Assembly (NCBI RefSeq): GCF_020745735.1
Contig: NW_026867509.1
Location: forward strand, 372,001-436,000
Length of the DNA: 64,000 bases
Source: Hemiscyllium ocellatum
Lineage: Eukaryota
Reading direction: 5' to 3'
Both the position numbers and the translations under genes were made by a program. Shown here one piece after another: positions 1 through 11,042 of this stretch (its first letter is position 1; every line of letters begins with the position of its first letter). Under the pieces are notes generated by a model that was given only the letters and a program-made list of their open reading frames with translations, was not told the origin of the DNA and searched no databases.

Positions 1-1700
1 TGATAAGATTTGCTTTCCCAAAAAGCAGCACTTCACGTTTACTTAAATAAAACTCCATTTTCCATTTCTCAGCCAATTGGCCCATCTGAACAATATACCG
101 TTGTAATCTGAAGTAACTGTTTTTGTTGTCCACTGCACCTTCAATTTTGGGGTGATCTGGAATCTTCTTAACTTTGCCTGTCATTTTCACACTCAAATCA
201 TTTCTATAAATAATGAAAGGTAGTGGACCCATTGCCGATCCTTGTGGCACTCCACTGGTCATAGGCCTACAGTATGAAAAACAGCCCACCACCATCACCA
301 TCTGTCATCTATCTTTGAGCCAGTACTACATCGAAATCGGTAGTTCTACGTTGTATTCGATGAGATCTAATCTTGCTAACTAATCTCCCATGGGCAACCT
401 TGACGAACACTTTACCGAAGTCCACATAGGTCACAACTACCGCTCTGTCCTCATCAACACTCTTCGGTCTTTCTTCAAAGAAAGCTCAATCAAGTTTATG
501 AGACATGAATTTCCACGCACAACGCAATGTTAACTATCGCAGATCAGTCCTTGCCTTTACAAATATATTTATATTATGGGCATCAGGATTCCCTCCAGTA
601 ACTTGCCCCGCACTGTTGTCAAGCTCACTGGTCCATTGGTCCTTGGTTTGTCCTTACCACCTTTATTAAACAGTGGTACCACGTTAGCCAACCTCTTCTG
701 GCACCTCATCTGTCACTATTGATGATACAATTATCTCAGTAAGAGGTTCATCAATCACTTCTCTAACTTCCCACCGAGTTCTAGGGTACACCTGATAAGG
801 TCCTGGAGATTTATCCAATTTTATGCGTTTAAGACAGCCAGCATTTCCATCTTTGTAAGGTGAACATTTTTCAAGACGTCACCATCAATTTCACTACATT
901 CTTTCTATTCCATGTCTTTTCCCACAGTAAATACCGATGCAAAATTCTCGTTTAGTGTCTCCCCCATCTCCTGCGGCTCCACGCTATTGCCACCTTCCTG
1001 ATGTTTGAGGAACACTATTCTCTCCCTCGTTATACTTTTATCCTTAATGTATCTGTAAAAACCTTTTGGATTCTCCTTAACTGTATTTGCAAAAGGTATC
1101 TCATGTCCCCTTTTTGCTCTCCTGATGTCTGTCTTAAGTATTCTCCTACTGCCTTTATCCTCTAAGAATTTGCTCGATCTGTCGTGCCTGCACATGACAT
1201 ACGCTTCCTTCATTTTCTTAACCAACCCTTTACTTCTTTAGTCACCCAGCATTCCCGATACCTCAAAGCCCTTTTTTTCACCTTAAGTGGAATATACCTT
1301 TTCTGGACTCTCGTTATCTCATTTCTGAAGGCTTTTCATTTTTCAGCCGTCCCTTTATCAGTGAACATATGCCCCGAGTTAGCTTTTGAATATTCTTGCC
1401 TCATACCGTCAAAATTGGCCTTTCCACAATGTCGCAATTCAACTTTTAGATCCGGTCTGTCTTTTTACATCATTAATATAAAATTAATAGAATTATAGTC
1501 GCTCGCCACTGACGCCTCAGTCACCTGCCCTGTCTTATTTTCCAAGAGTAGGTCAAGCTTTGCACCTTCTCTAGTAGGTATATTCATGTACTGAATCAGA
1601 AAATTTTCTTGAACACAATTTACATATTCGTCTCAGTCTAAACCCTTAACACTACGGCAGTTCCACTCTATGTTAAGAAATTTTTAAAAAAAACGCCTAC
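1..1700 (-). mobile_element. CR1-type LINE fragment (ORF2 inter-domain/RT region), degenerate
   Basis: ORF 905-1225(-) reads ANTVKENPKGFYRYIKDKSITRERIVFLKHQEGGNSVEPQEMGETLNENFASVFT, the typical CR1 ORF2 segment before the RT domain; flanking DNA is antisense RT-like. Probably intronic to the GPCR at 2552. Confidence 0.85.
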
Positions 1701-2551
1701 CATAGCCAGCCTATTATTCTTACAAATTGATCACTGAATGCAAATGTGCAGACGCATCAAGTTACTGGGATCATAGATTCAAATCACTGTTAATTTCAAG
1801 ACAAATTGATATCTAGTAAAATGTAGGTATTCTTGAGCTTCAGGGACATAATGAAACCACAGCTGACGTCCTGCCCACTGCAGTGAGTTTTTCAGTTGGA
1901 AAATATTTGAAAGCATTTCATATAAGGAAACATTTAGCAGATTTATTCCTGGCTTGGCTAGACTGCACACAAAAGTTCCTTGTGATTATCAGCTGGAGAA
2001 CTCAGAGTTACATTCCCAAATTCAGAGAAATACAAATTGGCGCCTCACCTATGTCTGTTTCAGCATATGTCTAAACAAAGCAATTGCTGACATGCATAAA
2101 ATGAGCGTTTTCACCGAATCTCATTCGAAGGAACCGTATGTGATCCTGAATGAAGCGTAACCTGCGACCCTGCCAGCTTCCACATAATCGTTTTACTATT
2201 TCCCCACTGAAGGTTTTCTGCTATATTTTGCTGTTATCGTTCTCTAGTACACCTAAGTGATCATCTGAATGTTGACTGAATGATCAACGTGGCCGGGAAA
2301 TGTCATTGTAGACATGATTCTCTGTTAATAATCCAACAGAATATTTGCCATCCGATGTCATTAACAAGGACATGTTTCAGCTGGATTTGTATTTTAATTA
2401 CAGTGACGTTTTCATTTCCTGAAAGCTCTAAAGGCCATTGAGTTCTATGATTCAAGAGCATTCAATAAAGTGGTTAATTTTACTGGAAAATGGAATATAA
2501 ATTATCCATTCGTCCATTTTATGAAACCTAAATATTCTCTTTCTATTTCAG

Positions 2552-3450
2552 CGAATTTGGCTGTGATTGCGATCTTGCCTCGAAGGCAATGTGGTTTGTC
2601 TGGGTGTATGATACTTTACCTGGTGTCCATGGCGGTGGCTGACCTCCTGGTCCTGGTAACCTGTGTAATATTAAACCGTATATCTGGGATTTACTTTCCA
2701 TACAGTTTTCTGTCCATTACTCCAGTTTGCAGACTTCGTGCTGTCTTAAATTCCACCACTGTAGACAGCTCTGCTTGGTTTACTGTCGTTTTCACCTTTG
2801 ATCGATTTGTGGTGATTTCTTGTCAGAAGCTGAAAATAAAATATTGCACCAGAATGGTCGCAGCATGGGTCATAGGGATCGTGTCTACGCTGTGTTGCAT
2901 AAAAAATGCATTTTTGTTTTATATATATGAACCTGTGTACACAATTAATAACGTATCCTGGTTCTGCAGCATAAAATTGATATTTTAGGAGTCACCTGTT
3001 TGGGCTGCATATGATTTACTTTGTAGCATTTTCAACCCTCTTCTTCCATTCGTCCTGATTTTACTGTTCAATGCTTTGACGATTAGATATATTCTTCTGG
3101 CCAATGGAGCCCGAAGGAGACTCAGGGCGGATAGTCACACAGAGAATCAGAGAGACCCAGAGATGGAGAAGCGGAGAAAGTCCATCACTTTACTCTTTGC
3201 CATTTCAGGCAGTTTCCTTTTGTTGTATTTGTTATCTTTTACAACGATCCTCTATGTCCGAATTGTGAAAGTGACCTATTTTTCAGGTTCACTTTTTAGC
3301 AAATCGACTTTTGTCCTTGAGGAGAATGCATTTATGCTTTTATTTTTGTGTTCCTGCATCAATCCGTTTATTTATGCTGGAACCCAAAATAAATTCAGAG
3401 ACGAATTAAAGAACGGGCTAAAATATCTGTTGCGACAATTTCTTAAATGA
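2552..3450 (+). pseudogene. Class A GPCR (GPR139-like family) exon 2, copy 1, with a single premature stop
   Basis: Acceptor ttctatttcAG at 2550-2551, then (A)NLAVIAILPRRQCGLSG...FDRF...CINPFIYAG...QFLK*. In-frame TAG at 2986-2988 where the paralogue has TAC. Exon is 899 nt, same as the paralogue. Exon 1 is not in the window. Confidence 0.9.
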
Positions 3451-3943
3451 TTCGAAATTGGAAAATATGTGTATTCACTATAAATCATGTACAATGTTCC
3501 AGAAGTACAACGTAACAACACTGGAATTCTAAAGATGCAATGTAAACAGGCAGAACTTGTGGTATCATGGCTCCTGTACGTTTTATTCTCTTGTTTATTT
3601 TTATTTCACCAGCAAAAAGAACATGAGTCCTTTAATTGCAGGCACATTGAAAACTATGATGGCGACTGGTATGAAATAAATTGAAACAATTTTTCTTGTA
3701 AAATTGACTGAAGCAATGTTTACTTTACTTAAGTGATGTTGATGGTCAATCGTAAAAGCAATTCAGGTCTTGCCAATTGTGAGGGAGGTGGAGGCAGAGG
3801 GCAATGCTTTATGAGCAGAAATACGAGAGAATGCACTGATGAATCAGAGAGGACCCGATGTGTGATATGCAGACATGGTCAATTTCAACGAAACTCATAG
3901 AAGAAATGCAGCACAATAGAATCTGAGACACAAATGGTTTTGG

Positions 3944-4715
3944 CTGAGAGCTCAGTAACTCACTGTAGAGTGAGTCAGCTTCCGACCCGCGATAGTTTAA
4001 CTGGTGAAATTTAGATTAGATTACTTACAGTGTGGAAACAGGCCCTTCGGCCCAACAAGTCCACACCGACCCGCCGAAGCGCAACCCACCCATACCCCTA
4101 CATATACCCCTTACCTAACACTACGTGCAATTTAGCATGGCCAATTCACCTGACCCGCACATCTTTGGACTGTGGGAGGAAACCGGAGCACCCGGAGGAA
4201 ACCCACGCAGACACGGGGAGAACGTGCAAACTCCACACAGTCAGTCGCCTGAGGTGGGAATTGAACCCAGGTCCCTGGCGCTGTGAGGCAGCAGTGCTAA
4301 CCATTATTTACTGTCTGCAGCTCTAAAAGTGTACCAACTAAAATCCGCTTTATATTAGAGCCACTCGAATGTCTCCACAGAATAGGTTCAGGTTTTGAAT
4401 ATAGATGGTGTTGGTATCGCATTAAAAAATATTCAGTCCGGGCGGTGTCATAGGAACAACGTCAAATAATCGCTTCTCCTTCTGTCGAAACATCAGGTGA
4501 CAGCAGCTGAGTGAGAATCCATCTCACTCAGATTTGAGAAAACAAGCATATTTGAGGAGAAAAAGTCAGAGCAATCGATATTTAAAAGTCAGTTTCATAT
4601 CATACCCAGAAATTGAGAGAAATAATGGAAAGTGATTAGATAAAATTAGCTATCAGAAATACTCACTGCATAATGGAAACTCCAAGCAGCTGCATTGGCC
4701 TGGACGCTCTATGCA
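3944..4715 (-). pseudogene. TCR delta/alpha-type V pseudogene (leader + V exon), SINE-interrupted, RSS mostly deleted
   Basis: Minus strand: donor GTGAGT at 4666; V exon ILTQLLSPDVSTEGEAII*RCSYDTARTEYFLMRYQHHLYSKPEPILWRHSSG...KADFS...[SINE]...FTS*TIAGRKLTHSTVSY*ALS; Cys104 codon is TGA (3952-3954). Confidence 0.75.
4012..4303 (-). mobile_element. HE1-type tRNA-derived SINE, young, slightly 5'-truncated
   Basis: tagattagattacttacagtgtggaaacaggcccttcggcccaacaagtccacacc...ggaaaccggagcacccggaggaaacccacgcagacac...gcagtgctaacca matches the shark SINE as I recall it; related copies at 39190, 39499, 46641 and 54080. Confidence 0.9.
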
Positions 4716-5109
4716 AGCGTGTCGAACCTTTGAAGTAACTGGTTCGACTCTATACTCTAAATAGTCTTCATTCATGTATCATCTCACTGTCTTTTGCTCC
4801 CAGAACGCAATGAAACTGGTCGGAACTTTGTTAGCTTGAATTGATTGGAAGAATGTCGAAATGGATTAAGACCAGCGATCACACAGGAAGGTTTTCTACT
4901 ATTTTACTCGCGTGCACTGCTTTGAAACACATGCAGGAAGTGAAAAGTTATTATTTTATGCGACATGCATATCGCTGGTTTTCTTAGCATTTATTGTTCA
5001 TCCCTAGTTTCTCTGGAATTCAGAGTGTCCAACTGCCTGAGCGCTGGTAGTAGTGACTCCCGTGATCTGCCCTCTCGATCATTTTAATTCGAAATATTCC
5101 GTATTGTTT

Positions 5110-5438
5110 TTCACAAAGGTCAATATGCCTGTTATAATATAAAGATGGAGTGTACTATTATTGAGCAAACAGATCTGAAGAACATACTACATTCTTACAC
5201 TTAAAATACAATTTAAACTCTGTCTTCGACTGTACTTTAAGTTTCATCTGCTGTTTGTGTTCTAACTCCAATGAGCTGTACTTCTCCGTGCCTGTCAGCA
5301 TAGATGTAATCATGTACAATCTTCAGATTCTGGATTTGCAGTGAGATAATACAAAGAAAGATGTATTATTATTACTATTTTTACAATTACCATTCAATTA
5401 TTCACAGTGCCAATCGACAGTTTGAGGACACAAATTGG
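5110..5438 (+). pseudogene. Degenerate V-segment relic, possibly TCR gamma-like
   Basis: Reads NIKMECTIIEQTDLKNILHSY..., then in another frame YFSVPVSIDVIMYNLQILDLQ*, then atg tat tat; perfect heptamer CACAGTG at 5403-5409 but a poor nonamer. Confidence 0.4.
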
Positions 5439-5499
5439 CAACAATTTCACTTGTCTGCAACTGGACCTGAAACCACTATACCCTAGTATTTTACATATT

Positions 5500-6000
5500 C
5501 ATCGAGATGGTTGTTAAATGTTGTGTTTGTTTCCAACTCCACCACCATTCCAGGCAGTACATTCCATATGTCGTCCACTTCCACATGATATTCTATTTCT
5601 CAGGTTGCCACTGCGCTTCTTCGTCCTCATCTTTAACATATGCTTTCTGGTCTTCGACACGTATCCATGAGGAAATTAAAATCTCTCGAGCTTTTCTATC
5701 TCTTCCGCTGATTGTTGGACACACCTCAATCAGATTCTCTCAAACCAAGTTGTGTTTGTTTAAACAGAAACATATACAACCCGAGGCTTTTCGTTACAGG
5801 CAACATCCTGCTTTGTATTGTCTCCAGTGCAATGGAGGTTTTCCCGTTGAGGGACGAACAGAATGATACGTGGTGTAGCATCTCTGGTTTAAGCAATGTT
5901 TTATGAGTTTGCAACAAAACTTTCTTGCCACTGCATTCAACGACCCAACTAATGAAGGCAAACAGACCATTTGCCTTGTTCATCACCCTCGCGATTGTTT
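5500..6000 (-). mobile_element. Old CR1 3' fragment
   Basis: ORF 5726-5986(-) KANGLFAFISWVVECSGKKVLLQTHKTLLKPEML resembles the CR1 segment KANGMLAFI.RGIEYKS.EVLLQLY..LVRP.LEY. Confidence 0.7.
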
Positions 6001-6260
6001 TCTAATCTGTTCTGAAGTTGTAGGCGTGTACTGTTCCTTTAAGAGAGTTTGAAAGCTGGCAACGAATTAACAAACAGAATATGCTCGAAAGTTTAAAAAT
6101 GTAACATCTGGAAATGACATAAATAGCAGGAGCAGAGTTGCTATATTACACAACAAATTCGAATTTGAACAATCAGTGTAAATTATGCCCCAAGATACCA
6201 ATTTCCAATCGAATTTGATTTTTAATGTTTTTACGACATCCGACCAATGAGTTAATCCGA

Positions 6261-6610
6261 TGTTTTGGTGTATGGAACTCGGACATATTGAACAGTTACG
6301 AGAGCGGCAAAGAACATCACACAGTCTGCAGACTCTCTCTCTGAAAGTTATATTGCCCGCAGTGAAGCTATCTTGGAAGATATCATTTCACATGAAATCT
6401 GTGAAGAAGAAGCCCGGCGAAAAGTAGACAAGAATGTACCAATGGAAAATCGGCAGCTGGCTTGTTTCGAAATTTGATTTTTTTAAACATATTCGAGGGT
6501 GGTTGTTACCAGATCATTATATAGTTACAGAATGGGAAGTAGATATCTCCTTTCGACAAAGGAGGCGTCCAGTGTCGATAGAGGTTCTTTCATCCTATTG
6601 TTTTTCTAGA
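6261..6610 (-). pseudogene. Highly degenerate TCR V relic
   Basis: Minus strand FCNYIMIW*QPPSNMF (cf. FWYKQPPS) and gca gac tgt gtg atg ttc ttt gcc gct ctc (cf. ADSAMYFCAL), then RSS-like AACTGTT-21-ACCAAAACA. Confidence 0.4.
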
Positions 6611-7169
6611 TGTAAAACATTTTTTCTTTAAATATTAATTTTATTGTCACTAATACTTTAACAGATTATGAGTTGGGATGAGCTTTTCTGGGTGTTTAGT
6701 TCAATTTAGCAGAAGGATTTATCCCGAATGGTAACAATTCATTCAAGGGATGAGGACACCACTGTCTAGATTAGCATTTAAGCAGTTAAGACTCAATCAC
6801 ATTGCTGTTCATCTGCAGTCACATGTAGGCGACACCAGGTGACAGATTCATTCTCTGACGCATCTTGCTGAAACAGTTGAGCTTTTCCAACAATCAGCTC
6901 AAGTTCCATCATCTTCCATGGCAGAATTCGAACACGTGTCCCCAGAACCTCACCAGGGCTTCTGGATTAACAGTCCAGCGAAAATAGTACTCGTTTATCT
7001 CCAACTAAAGTGCGACACTTGCTGACATCATCAGCGATCTGTGGACTTGTGGGCCTACAGATCTTTGCTCCTAATTGCTTTCTGACAAACATTGTGTGTA
7101 TCCTTCTTTTATTAGCGTTCTCAAAAAGCATAATATTTCACATTACAGGAATAAACACCACTCACCATT

Positions 7170-8100
7170 ATTCTCCCTAATTTACTAGCTGATCCATGTC
7201 AAATTTTGGCTGTACCGCATCGTCCATAACATCATCACTTTCTGTGAATTTTGCAAACGTACTAATTTTATCTTCTGCATTCAGATATTAGTCGTTTATG
7301 CACATAGCAAACAGCAAGGGTTGCAGCATCGATACTTGTCCTATGCCACTGATCACAGACTTCAGATCACAAAAATAACGCTCCATCATGATCTTTTTCC
7401 TCCTATCTACAAAGTAGTTTTAGGTCTTTGTCAAAAGATGCATTGAGGTTTTTTTGGGGGCAAGCTTTTCACGTAGGAACCTTGTCAAAGATCTCAATGA
7501 AGTACATGTGAACAACTTTCATGTAGTCCCTCTACCAATACGTTCATTAGCTTTTCAACACGAAACACATTTAAATTAAACAGACTCCACTTGCAGAAAA
7601 CTGTGCACCTGAACCAAAACTTGCTTTTGTTTCGCTACACTCGATCAGGCCCTCATTCACCATGAATAATCTAAACTGATTTGACTTTCCAAATTGCAGG
7701 ACCTCACACTTATCTATAATAAACTACACTTCCAATTTCTCTGAACATTTGTCCAGCTGGTTAAAGGTCGTGCTGCAATTTCAGATAACTTTGCTCATAT
7801 CTGAGTTATCTTCTCCTTTCGTGTCCTATGAAAACCTAGTAATCCTTCCTTCTGAATTTTTATGCAAAACATTGCTATGAATAACAAACAGCACTGGCTC
7901 CAGCGGCCTCCCCTGAGGGCGGACACTTGTCACAGTTTCCCAATCCTTCCGATATGATGCTCTGCTTCCGAGCATGAAGCCAATTGTGTACTCAAGTTTG
8001 CAACTCCCTCCCATTCATGCAATCGAACCTTCCAGAAGCCTACTATGTGGAACCTTATCAGAGGCCTTACTCCCATTCTGCCCATTCTGACTCCTCTTAG
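7170..8100 (-). mobile_element. Degenerate CR1 RT fragments
   Basis: ORF 7826-8014(-) WETVTSVRPQGRPLEPVLFVIHSNVL...RITRF is a decayed VTSGVPQGSVLGPLLF.IYINDL RT motif. Confidence 0.7.
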
Positions 8101-8396
8101 TTAGCCCCTGCAATTCTAAATACATGTATATCTAACCACTCAGAATCTTGCAAAACGTAGAAGCTGCAATGAAATTCAGGTTGTCGGCTCAGAAACTTTT
8201 GCACCATATTCTACTTAATAAAATTGCAATATTGTTATCACATTTGTCTCCACATGATGCTAGCCAAACCAGGCTCTCTTTTATTACATTTATTCCAAAT
8301 TTTAACAACTGCTTTTCACTATGAAAGTGGAGTAGTTGCTTCAGGTCATCGGTGTGAGACCGCCATCTGGTGTCCATCTCCGTGATTCACAAGCTA

Positions 8397-8838
8397 GATG
8401 TTTGCACTTGGTCTGCGGTGTCTCTGCATCAGTGTGTGGGCTCCAGAGCAAAAAAAGATGGTGTTTTCGGTTTACCAGCCACACGATGCCTAAAGTAAAC
8501 ACTGCGTTTCCTTTGTGCAAGTTAAAATAGATTCTGTTCTGCAATTCTGGAGACTTGTAAATGACCTCCATGTGTCTTCAGTAAATATCTCAGATTATCC
8601 GGGGATATTTGTTGTCCCAGTCTAGGTTTCTGCCAGCGTATGTTGTCAAGTTTCGGCAGTACAGTTTAATATGCTTGCCGTTCGGATTCAGGGGGATATT
8701 GGGGCGCTGAAGTATTTCCACTCGTTCTTGTGCCACAAATACAAAATATTTCCGTGTTTTGGGAATCTTATATCCTCACCTCGTCAGAATAAAAGGTATT
8801 ACCGGCCCACAGCTATGTGTTTGATTCATAAGTGCCAT
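8397..8838 (-). pseudogene. TCR alpha-type V pseudogene with RSS (24-bp spacer)
   Basis: Donor at 8779, acceptor at 8727-8728; GKHIKLYCRNLTTYAGRNLDWDNKYP...KSPELQNRIYFNLHKGNAVFTLGI..., frameshifted; heptamer CACACTG 8430-8436, 24-bp spacer, GCAAACATC 8397-8405. Confidence 0.75.
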
Positions 8839-8841
8839 TCT

Positions 8842-8935
8842 GGCTTCAGGGACCGATAATAAATGTTGTTCAAATGCTTTTCCTTCAGTGACAACGTGGT
8901 CGCAGACGCTGCAGTGTATTACTGTGCGACGAAGA
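8842..8935 (+). pseudogene. 3' half of a V segment in opposite orientation
   Basis: ggc ttc agg gac cga...gca gac gct gca gtg tat tac tgt gcg acg aag = GFRDR...ADAAVYYCATK; no recognisable nonamer. Confidence 0.55.
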
Positions 8936-9181
8936 CATATTGCGAGAAACAGTGGATATGGCCATAAGGTTCTTGCATTGTGTTTTGTGTCTGATTTCTG
9001 TTAAACATTCCCCAAAACAAGAAATTTACAAAACCTAGTGAATTCACAATTCATGAACTCATTTCTCATTACTTGACAAAATCAGAGGACGATGATAAAT
9101 TGTAGATAATTATGTCAAATCAGACATTGTGCACATGCAACATTAAAAGCATATTCATGGACCGAAGTGGAGGAGTCCTTT

Positions 9182-9546
9182 NNNNNNNNNNNNNNNNNNN
9201 NNNNNNNNNNNNNNNNNNNNNNNNNNNNNNNNNNNNNNNNNNNNNNNNNNNNNNNNNNNNNNNNNNNNNNNNNNNNNNNNNNNNNNNNNNNNNNNNNNNN
9301 NNNNNNNNNNNNNNNNNNNNNNNNNNNNNNNNNNNNNNNNNNNNNNNNNNNNNNNNNNNNNNNNNNNNNNNNNNNNNNNNNNNNNNNNNNNNNNNNNNNN
9401 NNNNNNNNNNNNNNNNNNNNNNNNNNNNNNNNNNNNNNNNNNNNNNNNNNNNNNNNNNNNNNNNNNNNNNNNNNNNNNNNNNNNNNNNNNNNNNNNNNNN
9501 NNNNNNNNNNNNNNNNNNNNNNNNNNNNNNNNNNNNNNNNNNNNNN
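9182..9546. other. Assembly gap (365 N)
   Basis: Run of N. Confidence 0.99.
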
Positions 9547-10279
9547 GCACAGCGGCACTTTATTTCTGTATTAGTAAAATTGTATGTTGAATTTTTTAAG
9601 ATTTCATGCTGTTTTGCAGCTAATTCTTTTCATCTGGAGACGTTTCTGAGATCACTTTATCAGGGAATTGTTGGACAGACAATTGACTTTAAGACAAGGC
9701 TACTGCTACTTGACTTTATATTCTGCTGTAGAAAATCCCTTTACTATTAGCTTACATCCACAGTTATGGAAGGAAATCAATCAGTAATAGCATTGTCCAT
9801 CTGGACATCCCACCCAGTAATCGGAAAAATGAACTGCTGCAGCAGCTTGGGCCTCTGATGATCAGTATTCAAAAGCATGAGGCCAACTTTCCTTGCAGTT
9901 ATAGGTCAATGCGACATTCTCTATTTCCTCATTTTTTAAATCGGAAAAGAGGTGTTCCACTATCTCATGCTGGCTCCATTTTAGCACATGGAAAACAGTT
10001 GAAAAAATGAAAGACAATATCTTTGCCACCATTTCTGTTATTCGACCAAGTATAACATTTGTATTGTAACAATCAGTTTGTCTTTCTCTGAGACGAAAAT
10101 ATTTACTGAGATTAGGTGCAAAGACAAGGGGTGGTTTGAGTCATCTCCAAATATCGATTTCTCACTTTGAACTTCTGCAATGCCGTATATTTTCTGTCAA
10201 ACCATAAATGCAGATCACTGCCCAACTGTGTCGCTGATCGAATCGTTGATAAGAACGGCGCATGACACCAATTTCGGTA

Positions 10280-10445
10280 TGCTAGAAATGAGAAACAAAA
10301 GCAGAAATTGCTGGAAAACTTCAGCAGGTCTGGCAGCATCTATGGAGCAAAATCAGAGTTAATGGATCACTGCCGAACTGCTAAGTCTGTTTTCTATCCA
10401 TGGACACTGGCAAACCTGCTAAGCTTCCCAAGCAATTTCTGTTTT
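10280..10445. repeat. Palindromic short repeat (Penelope-end-derived family)
   Basis: Left arm aaaagcagaaattgctggaaaacttcagcaggtctggcagcatctatggag is an imperfect reverse complement of right arm ctatccatggacactggcaaacctgctaagcttcccaagcaatttctgtttt; a related half-copy lies near 49330-49400. Confidence 0.7.
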
Positions 10446-10772
10446 CCTATACAAGGACGCTCACCGGTGCAGTTGGAACAGATAGAGTAAAATAGTAACA
10501 ATGTCGTCTCCGAACTGTGACCGGCTGTTTAAACATGGAAGACATTATTTATCTTGTTTCAATACTCTATAACTCCATGAATAGCCCCAGCATCGATTAA
10601 CGTTATCCCGATTCAACTCTAACTGGGGAAATAAGATTTCCAAATATCACGTCCACTTCTGCCATCCAGGTTTAGATAATGTTTAATGGTACAACTGGGA
10701 CAGAGAAGCAGAATAAAGAAACATTCTGTCGATCTGCTGCTTCACACATGTGTCTTATCAGTATTTACTCCT

Positions 10773-11042
10773 CTAATTCGAGGAACTGGGTCAAATGTGT
10801 GTTGCTGAGAAAGCACAGCCAATCAGGCAGCATCTGAGGAGCAGAGAATCGACGTTTTGGGCATAAGCCATTTACTGGAAATATATGTCCCTTCGTCAAG
10901 TGTCAGAATCACTCAAATATGTGTGACAAATGTTGAAAGGCTTTTCGGGCTTATGCCCAAAACATCGATTCGCCTCCTCCTCGGATGTTGCCTGATCTGC
11001 GGTGCTCTGCATTCCTCACCTTCTCCTAATTCGAGGAACTGG
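10773..11042. mobile_element. Fold-back insertion flanked by a 17-bp direct repeat
   Basis: ctaattcgaggaactgg at 10773-10789 and 11026-11042; inside are inverted arms (about 10800-10871 and 10950-11012) of the cagcatc...gaatcgacgttttgggcataagcc repeat. Confidence 0.75.

Noticed and set aside
1184-1498. 104-aa plus-strand ORF
   Set aside because: Antisense to the CR1 fragment; no independent coding signal.
2470-2551. N-terminal extension MVNFTGKWNINYPF... of the GPCR ORF
   Set aside because: It is intron read-through: a good acceptor lies at 2550-2551, and the paralogue has the same exon boundary with a separate exon 1.
9112-9750. Four long ORFs
   Set aside because: Artefacts of translating across the N gap.
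10100-10520. Leader-like exon with GTGAGC donor (~10460-10510, minus) and possible V downstream
   Set aside because: No Cys/Trp/YYC framework or RSS could be recovered, and the region is interrupted by a palindromic repeat.
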